From Vibrio vulnificus CMCP6 (lineage in GTDB: Bacteria; Pseudomonadota; Gammaproteobacteria; Enterobacterales; Vibrionaceae), in NCBI RefSeq assembly GCF_000039765.1, contig NC_004460.2:450001-482000 (forward strand): 32,000 bases of DNA. Direction: 5' to 3'. The translations under genes were made by a program, and so were the position numbers. Shown in pieces: positions 25,991 through 32,000 of the stretch. Numbering within the stretch: position 1 is the stretch's first letter; each line of letters begins with the position of its first letter. The notes under the pieces are model-generated. The model was not told the origin of the DNA, searched no databases, and saw only the letters and a program-made list of their open reading frames with translations.

Positions 25991-28900
25991 CGGAAACTCT
26001 CCATATCACTCGACCAAAATGGGTTCATCGTACTCTTAGGAATCAATTCCAGTTGAACTTTGTTGCCTTTCAAATCAATCATGACGATGTTGTCTTTGCG
26101 AGATTGCGGCCTTGCTTTCAGAGATTGATCAAGCAACTTAAAAATGCCCCATTCGCCCTCATAGGTATAAGCAATTTCACGAATCGAATCGGGTGGTGTG
26201 AAGACCACTCTTGTCGCTGAACGCTTCGCTGGCCAAGAGAGATTTTTTACTCTTGCCGGCCCATGTCGATATGCAAGATTCTGCCCCCCAACTTCCAGTA
26301 CAAAGCTGGTTATATGTTGGTCGAGGTATATCGGTTTCATTGCAAAATCGACTTTTAATGTATTGTCGAGTTCGAAAAACGATTGTCGGATGCGATCTGC
26401 GCGTTGAAATACGGCGAGTGTTTCTTGACTGACACCGATTTCCTTCTCGAAGCGCCACACACTTCTCGACGTATCGACAAACGGTTCCAAGTATTCGACA
26501 AAGAACGCATCAAGTGTTCCGCCGTAGCCAAAGAATCGACTGAAGTCCTTTAACGTCACTTCTGTTTTCGCTCTTGGCTCAAACGGATACCTGCCTTTGA
26601 TGCTGCGCTCATAAGGTTTAAGAACCTTGTTAACCCATAGCGTATTAAGGTGAGATCGCGATCCTTTTTCCGCTAACTTGACCGATTCCTCGGAAAGTTC
26701 ACCTAGCCAGTTGTTGAACGGAGCGGGTAAAAGCTGTTTAGCATGTTCAATTGACGCGGCAACTTCTCCTGTCACGGTGCCATTTAAGATGCTCTTGTAG
26801 GCGACTTTCTGATTATTTCCTGAGCTAGAGAGATCGGCCAAATAACTTTTTAAACCACTCAGTGCGAGATGAATATCGTCAAAGTCTTGGTCTGTCATCC
26901 TAACAAGATCGTCAAACTCGGCTTCCACTTCTTTTCCAGGAAGCGCAATATCAAACGTATTGCCCTCTTCCGGACGATATAAATCAAGTTTGTCCGCCGT
27001 ATTTGAAAATTTCACTTTGGCAACTTTGCCAGCGACTTCAGCTACCGCTTTTTCGTTGTTGCTTAGCGAAATTTTCGTTAATGCCACCTCTTTTTGTACC
27101 GCTTTAAGCAGCGATTCAATTGGTCGCTCAGAGCCCGCTAATGCCATACTCTGCTCTAAACTTAGTTTCAAACTTGGTGCCGCTTTGAGTTGGATGTCAT
27201 TGAGCAGTGTCTTCCATTCATAGACATAGTCACGATAGTAGCGCTCTCTCACACCTTGCAAAGCGAGATCATGGTCGATGTTTTGGGCGTCGATCTCATC
27301 CCCATACACCCAGTTTTCTTCCATCAAGGCTTTTACCATACGACCCAGTTGCAATTGGAAGATGCTATGGAAACCGTTGTACGTGTAGAAACCGGAAATC
27401 CCCATCGATAATGGCTTGCCACTTTTTCGCTCAAACTGCTCAACTCCCCTAGCCCCTAGAACGTCCGTTAAACGAAATGAAGGCACATGACTTTTAAGGA
27501 ACTGCAGTTTCATTCTTTGGTAGGCTCTTTCCGACAACGACATTTCTGTTAGAACCAATCTGGCAGCGGTTACTGAATCGTTGTTGATATATAAGCCTCT
27601 GTCTGCCTGCGACAAAAAGTTCTCGGTATGAGCGTAGAGTTGCTCTCTTAACTCTTCATTCAGTTCACCGGGATACTGCCTTTCAAAGAAATAATTGAAC
27701 CAACCAAGAACATGTTCACGCTCAAATTTGTCATCGTTGAAGAGCATCAAATATGTTTTGAGTGTTTCGTACAGATATTCTCGGTGCTGTTCATTGTTCT
27801 TCATTTCACTGAGAAGTACCGATTCAACATAAGATGAATAGTAATTTGTCAATGCTTGGTGATAAGCACTCTTAGCCGATTGGCCAATTTTTTCACCTTG
27901 AAACAAACCAAACGATGTCACACGATCTCTCTCGTCATCTTGCTGTCTATAACCCATAGGGAAACGCATGATGTGATTGAGAATGTTTATCGAGGGGATC
28001 AAGTCGTTTTCGAAGTCCAGACCAGACTTAGCAAGTAAGTCATTCACCACAGCTACTTGACGATCCGTTTCATCAATGAGTTGATTGTTCCACTGATAAC
28101 TCATCATCCACAGAGTGATGGCAGCCCCAGACAGCGCTAGGCACGAGCAGTAGACGCCTTTTCGGATCCAACCACTTTGCTTTTGATGATGACGATTGAC
28201 CGTCCCTAAAAACTGTTCTTTAAAGATAACATTTTCAAACAAGTTTTTTACAAAATAGCTGCTTGATTCTTTGGAACTTAACCGCAGTAGAGGTTTGCCC
28301 AACCCCAGCCCTTGGGATGTTTCAGACATGATACGATCAACCGGCGTGCCTTCTTGCAACGAACTCACAATAAAGACGCCGCGAATCATTGAAGATTCTT
28401 CAAACTTGTTTTGGGCAAAAATGTCGTTAAGAAACTCGTCTAGATTCGCTTGAAGACAACGCAATTGCTTTGGAAATTCAAAAATTAAAGATCGCTTGTC
28501 AAGGTCATGTTCCGTTTCAAGCCTTTGCATCATGCGGCGATCAAGTCTCTCCAGTAAATCATGAAACTCTTTGTTAAATAGAGAGATGACACCTCGTTCG
28601 TCTTCTACTGAGGGCGGAAACATAAATCCTAATAACTGCTCTCGCTCTTCCTTGGTCAGTTCCGTAAAAAACTCACTAAAACCCGCAATGAGATCAGCCT
28701 TCGTCAACACAACGTAGATTGGGAACTGCATACCCAATTGATTTTTCAGTTCTTGTAGCCGATTTTTTATCGCTCTTGCATGCATGCCTCGTTCGGTGCG
28801 AGTTTGTGTTAGCATACTGGCGATGCTGACGGTAACAATCGCACCATTAATGGGACGCTGTTTACGGTATTGCTTTAATAAGCCTAAGAATCCATACCAT

Positions 28901-29487
28901 GCTTTTGAATCGACATGAGCTTGGCTATCTTGCGTGGTGTACCGGCCAGCCGTATCAATCAACACCGCTTTATTGGTAAACCACCAATCACAATTTCTCG
29001 TACCGCCAATACCAGAAACCGAGTCAACACCCATTGAATCTGATAGAGGAAACTCGAGACCCGATTCTTTTAATGCCGTCGTTTTACCTGTTCCAGGAGG
29101 ACCAATAAGTACATACCAAGGCAACTGGTAGAGATGACTCTTACGCTTTCCACCTTTCGTCACGACTTGAATCGCCTTCTCAATTCTTTCGCGCATGACG
29201 TCTATTTCTGCCGCCGCTTCTTTATCGGTCAGGGCATCCACCTCTAATAGGCTTTGGATGCTTTCATCTTGTTCCTTTCGCTCCTTCTGTTGACGGACAA
29301 CATTCGTTACGCCCCAAATGAAGACTAAAACCACAATAACCAACAAACGGTTAAAGTCTGATTTCAGTGGCTCTATGCCTGCTATCGCGATCAATGGTCC
29401 GACAAACCAAATAAAAATAGAAATTGCCCCAAGCCCGATCAAGCTAATCAGCCATTTTTGCCCCAATAAACGTTTAATCTTTGCCAT
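25972..29487 (-). CDS. tssM: T6SS membrane protein TssM (IcmF/VasK)
   Basis: About 1170 aa, N-terminal membrane region, Walker A GPPGTGKTTAL, WWFTNKAVLIDTAGRY, and a long periplasmic region. Start MAKIKRLLG. Confidence 0.96.
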   Translation of the reverse strand: MAKIKRLLGQKWLISLIGLGAISIFIWFVGPLIAIAGIEPLKSDFNRLLVIVVLVFIWGVTNVVRQQKERKEQDESIQSLLEVDALTDKEAAAEIDVMRERIEKAIQVVTKGGKRKSHLYQLPWYVLIGPPGTGKTTALKESGLEFPLSDSMGVDSVSGIGGTRNCDWWFTNKAVLIDTAGRYTTQDSQAHVDSKAWYGFLGLLKQYRKQRPINGAIVTVSIASMLTQTRTERGMHARAIKNRLQELKNQLGMQFPIYVVLTKADLIAGFSEFFTELTKEEREQLLGFMFPPSVEDERGVISLFNKEFHDLLERLDRRMMQRLETEHDLDKRSLIFEFPKQLRCLQANLDEFLNDIFAQNKFEESSMIRGVFIVSSLQEGTPVDRIMSETSQGLGLGKPLLRLSSKESSSYFVKNLFENVIFKEQFLGTVNRHHQKQSGWIRKGVYCSCLALSGAAITLWMMSYQWNNQLIDETDRQVAVVNDLLAKSGLDFENDLIPSINILNHIMRFPMGYRQQDDERDRVTSFGLFQGEKIGQSAKSAYHQALTNYYSSYVESVLLSEMKNNEQHREYLYETLKTYLMLFNDDKFEREHVLGWFNYFFERQYPGELNEELREQLYAHTENFLSQADRGLYINNDSVTAARLVLTEMSLSERAYQRMKLQFLKSHVPSFRLTDVLGARGVEQFERKSGKPLSMGISGFYTYNGFHSIFQLQLGRMVKALMEENWVYGDEIDAQNIDHDLALQGVRERYYRDYVYEWKTLLNDIQLKAAPSLKLSLEQSMALAGSERPIESLLKAVQKEVALTKISLSNNEKAVAEVAGKVAKVKFSNTADKLDLYRPEEGNTFDIALPGKEVEAEFDDLVRMTDQDFDDIHLALSGLKSYLADLSSSGNNQKVAYKSILNGTVTGEVAASIEHAKQLLPAPFNNWLGELSEESVKLAEKGSRSHLNTLWVNKVLKPYERSIKGRYPFEPRAKTEVTLKDFSRFFGYGGTLDAFFVEYLEPFVDTSRSVWRFEKEIGVSQETLAVFQRADRIRQSFFELDNTLKVDFAMKPIYLDQHITSFVLEVGGQNLAYRHGPARVKNLSWPAKRSATRVVFTPPDSIREIAYTYEGEWGIFKLLDQSLKARPQSRKDNIVMIDLKGNKVQLELIPKSTMNPFWSSDMESFRCPQTL

Positions 29488-30802
29488 TGTTTGCATCCAT
29501 TTTTGATTGGGTTTGAACTAGGAGATCGATTTCGACTCTACGGTTGATACTTCTTCCTTCTGCGGTTTCATTTGATACCAAAGGTCTCGCATCTCCCATT
29601 CCTTCAGGAATGACGCGCCCACTCAATTTGCCTGCTGATGCTAAGCGATCGGTAAGCGCTGTCGCTCTGGCGAGAGATAAATGCCAGTTAGAAGGGAATT
29701 TACTGGTAAAAATGGGGTTATTATCGGTATGTCCGACAACCAATATTTTTCCATTGGTCGCCTCGAGTGCTCTGGCCACTTTCGAAACCACAGGGAATAT
29801 ATGCGCGACAAGCTCCGCACTGCCCGATTCAAACAGATCATTGGACTGAAAAGTAATACGCACTCTATCGGGTAATGCATCGACTTTTAGTAAAACCATT
29901 TCTATTTCCGTTGCCAACGAACGTTGGATTTGATTTGCTACGGCAAGAGACGAAATATAATCCGCACTCTGGTTCTCTATCTCTTTGCTCGGCACTAAGT
30001 TCATTAACTGACTAAAGGTCTGATCGGATTTTTCGTTTAGGCTATAACTTAAGTACATGTACACACTGACTAACACAGCCGCGGTAATTGATAAAACAAC
30101 CCACAATGGTGCTTTTTCTGCGATCTGCTCACCAACCAATACTTTGGCTAACGCATCATCGTTGAGTGAAGGACTGTAGTCCCGACCGTGCGATTTAAGG
30201 ACATCCATTACGCGGTTTTTTAAGGAACGATGTTGCTCGATTCCATTTTCTCGAACTCGAAATTGCCCCAAAAAACCTAAGCTCATGCAGATATACATGA
30301 CTTCTAGCAGATCTAAGTGCTTATTGGGTTCGGCAAGACTTTCATCGAGATGTATGAAGAACTGCTCACCGCCTTGAGTGTTGGAATAGAATGTCGACAA
30401 TAACGAGTTGTGTCCCCAAACGGATTGACTTCCCCATTCGGTATTTAGGACGGCTTCATCGATAGCACAACATAAACAGTAGCGTGCGATATCGATCTGC
30501 TTACTATTTGCGCCTTGTAATCTCAACCGGTTTTCATAGTCACGCATTTTTTGCACAAATGCTTCACGTAACTGTTTGACATCACTGTGCGTGGCCGTCG
30601 CTCTAATTTGGCCAAGCAAGGAAACAATGACATTCGCTTCTGCCAGCAGTACGTTATTGCCAAACGCGACGATACTCGTTTCACGCGTTTCTTTACTATT
30701 TTGCGTAAAGAGAACCGTGTTATCGCTTTCAAGCGATGCAACAGGTGTCGACTGCGGTGCTTTTTTACGCCCAGGGGTTGGTTTTACAATCGTTTCGTCC
30801 AT
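29474..30802 (-). CDS. tssL: T6SS protein TssL (IcmH/DotU) with C-terminal OmpA-like peptidoglycan-binding domain
   Basis: 442 aa. DotU-like AIDEAVLNTEWGSQSVWGHNSLLSTFYSNTQGGEQFF, then OmpA-like ILVVGHTDNNPI...LSLARATALTDRL...EGMGDARPLVSNETAEGRSINRRVEI. Confidence 0.95.
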   Translation of the reverse strand: MDETIVKPTPGRKKAPQSTPVASLESDNTVLFTQNSKETRETSIVAFGNNVLLAEANVIVSLLGQIRATATHSDVKQLREAFVQKMRDYENRLRLQGANSKQIDIARYCLCCAIDEAVLNTEWGSQSVWGHNSLLSTFYSNTQGGEQFFIHLDESLAEPNKHLDLLEVMYICMSLGFLGQFRVRENGIEQHRSLKNRVMDVLKSHGRDYSPSLNDDALAKVLVGEQIAEKAPLWVVLSITAAVLVSVYMYLSYSLNEKSDQTFSQLMNLVPSKEIENQSADYISSLAVANQIQRSLATEIEMVLLKVDALPDRVRITFQSNDLFESGSAELVAHIFPVVSKVARALEATNGKILVVGHTDNNPIFTSKFPSNWHLSLARATALTDRLASAGKLSGRVIPEGMGDARPLVSNETAEGRSINRRVEIDLLVQTQSKMDANNGKD

Positions 30803-30810
30803 AGCTTCAC

Positions 30811-32000
30811 TTATTGGTTAATACTCCAAAGCTCCATTTCTAACCCTGGGTAATTACCAGAGACATGAAATGCCATTCCCCCGCTTTCATTTAAACGAGC
30901 CCAATAAGCGCCTTGTTTAACCAGCTCAAAATAGACGTAGCCTGCTGCGTAAGGCATCTGTCTTGGCACCACATTCAGTGGCGAAACGGCAATACCGTTG
31001 ATCTGATTATTGATAAGGTCGCGAATATTCTCTGCGGGTCCAACTTTGATTTGTCCTGGTAACTTTTTTCTAATTTCATCGGCAGAGACATCGGCTTTAA
31101 CGGCCAATACAAACTGACAAAGTGAAAGCAAACTTTTATCTGGTAATGGCGTAACGCGAATCCCAAACTGGCGAATATCCAAGGGCATCTTGGTCGCAGT
31201 TTGCTCCAATACCACACTCAGATATTGACTGAGGATTTGATTCATCTCAGAAAAGACAGGCCCCAAATTACTGTGTTGGTATTCGGGAAGCTTAGGGACT
31301 CGCTTATTTTTACTCGAAAAAGTGGACAGCTCACCAATTAAGCTCAATAAGGCCGTCGCTAACTCATGTGGATGAAGCTCACTCCCTTTCGATAAATGTC
31401 TTAAATTAGCCTCATAACGATTCAGCATCTGTAGCATAATGAAATCTACTGCAGAGGAAGACGCTGACTTGCCTTGTCCGAGACGACTTGCAATGGCGTC
31501 TGCCCTAATTTTGATCATGGCTAAAACGTTATTCAGATAACGAGTAAGCAGCGAACTATGGTGGACATTAAGGAAAGGTGGTACGAACTCTTCATCAAGA
31601 ATGACTTGACCTTCGCTACCAACATGACGAATTTTCACCAGAGGCAAAGAGACATAGCCCGGCAAATTGTCATTGGTTGCCTTTAACTCGCACTTAAGCG
31701 CCGCGAGTTGAAGTACTTCTTCATCACCAGACACGCTATCGGTTAAGGTGTGATCAACCACCTTATAGCGCGTTACCATTGAAGTCTCGGAATGGGAAAC
31801 GTTTTGGCCTTGGGATTTTTCTGCAGGTATCACAAGCTGAACCAAAGTATTTTCAATCCCTGGCTCAATTTTGAGTGGCTCAGGAAGCTGCTCGTTAATA
31901 GGTATGTTAACGAATGTCATATCGGAGAAAATTCCAACACACTCAGTTAGCGATACAACCCCTTCTTTCAACTGTTCTTTGTCGAGAGAAAACGATTCAA
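30811..32000 (-). CDS. tssK: T6SS baseplate protein TssK, N-terminus truncated by the right window edge
   Basis: C-terminal part typical of TssK (SSAVDFIMLQMLNRYEANLRHL, HPHELATALLSLIGELSTFS, RQMPYAAGYVYFELVKQG). The frame is open to the right edge (...ESFSLDKEQLKEGVVSL), so the ORF-track TTG start at 31971 is an artefact. Confidence 0.93.
   Translation of the reverse strand, partial: ESFSLDKEQLKEGVVSLTECVGIFSDMTFVNIPINEQLPEPLKIEPGIENTLVQLVIPAEKSQGQNVSHSETSMVTRYKVVDHTLTDSVSGDEEVLQLAALKCELKATNDNLPGYVSLPLVKIRHVGSEGQVILDEEFVPPFLNVHHSSLLTRYLNNVLAMIKIRADAIASRLGQGKSASSSAVDFIMLQMLNRYEANLRHLSKGSELHPHELATALLSLIGELSTFSSKNKRVPKLPEYQHSNLGPVFSEMNQILSQYLSVVLEQTATKMPLDIRQFGIRVTPLPDKSLLSLCQFVLAVKADVSADEIRKKLPGQIKVGPAENIRDLINNQINGIAVSPLNVVPRQMPYAAGYVYFELVKQGAYWARLNESGGMAFHVSGNYPGLEMELWSINQ

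Noticed and set aside
13135-32000. Novel system within the structural T6SS genes
   Set aside because: Gene content and order (clpV through tssK) match a known T6SS architecture. Apart from the tandem tssC-like gene, nothing here calls for a new explanation.

Overview
The window is most of a Vibrio-type type VI secretion (T6SS) locus, almost entirely on the minus strand. From right to left it holds tssK (truncated at the right edge), tssL with an OmpA domain, tssM, tagF, a PppA-like phosphatase, tssA, tssB, tssC, a second tssC-like gene, tagJ/impE, tssE, tssF, tssG, clpV (tssH), hcp, vgrG, a PAAR gene, a 302-aa gene that may have a thiolase/ketosynthase-like fold, and a 1477-aa Rhs effector. 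The most interesting part is 1..9340. The active Rhs ends in a C-terminal domain (CT) with a polymerase-beta-type nucleotidyltransferase signature (GGSRIRGDFGKGSDIDVGF), followed 2 nt later by a small acidic candidate immunity gene. Downstream is a graveyard or reservoir of displaced CT-immunity cassettes. In order these are: a 60-aa CT tail overlapping (ATGA) a 169-aa candidate immunity gene; an IS5/IS903-like element with a broken transposase; a ~34-aa CT tail cut by the IS plus a 159-aa candidate immunity gene; an antisense remnant of an XRE-like HTH gene; an intact orphan CT with a DNA/RNA non-specific endonuclease motif plus a YezG/DUF600-like immunity gene; and a 326-bp duplicated Rhs core end that must lead to a further CT left of the window. 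Shared 91-bp and 326-bp segments between the full Rhs gene and the orphan units would permit in-frame toxin switching. All calls come from reading sequence and motifs; no database search was run.
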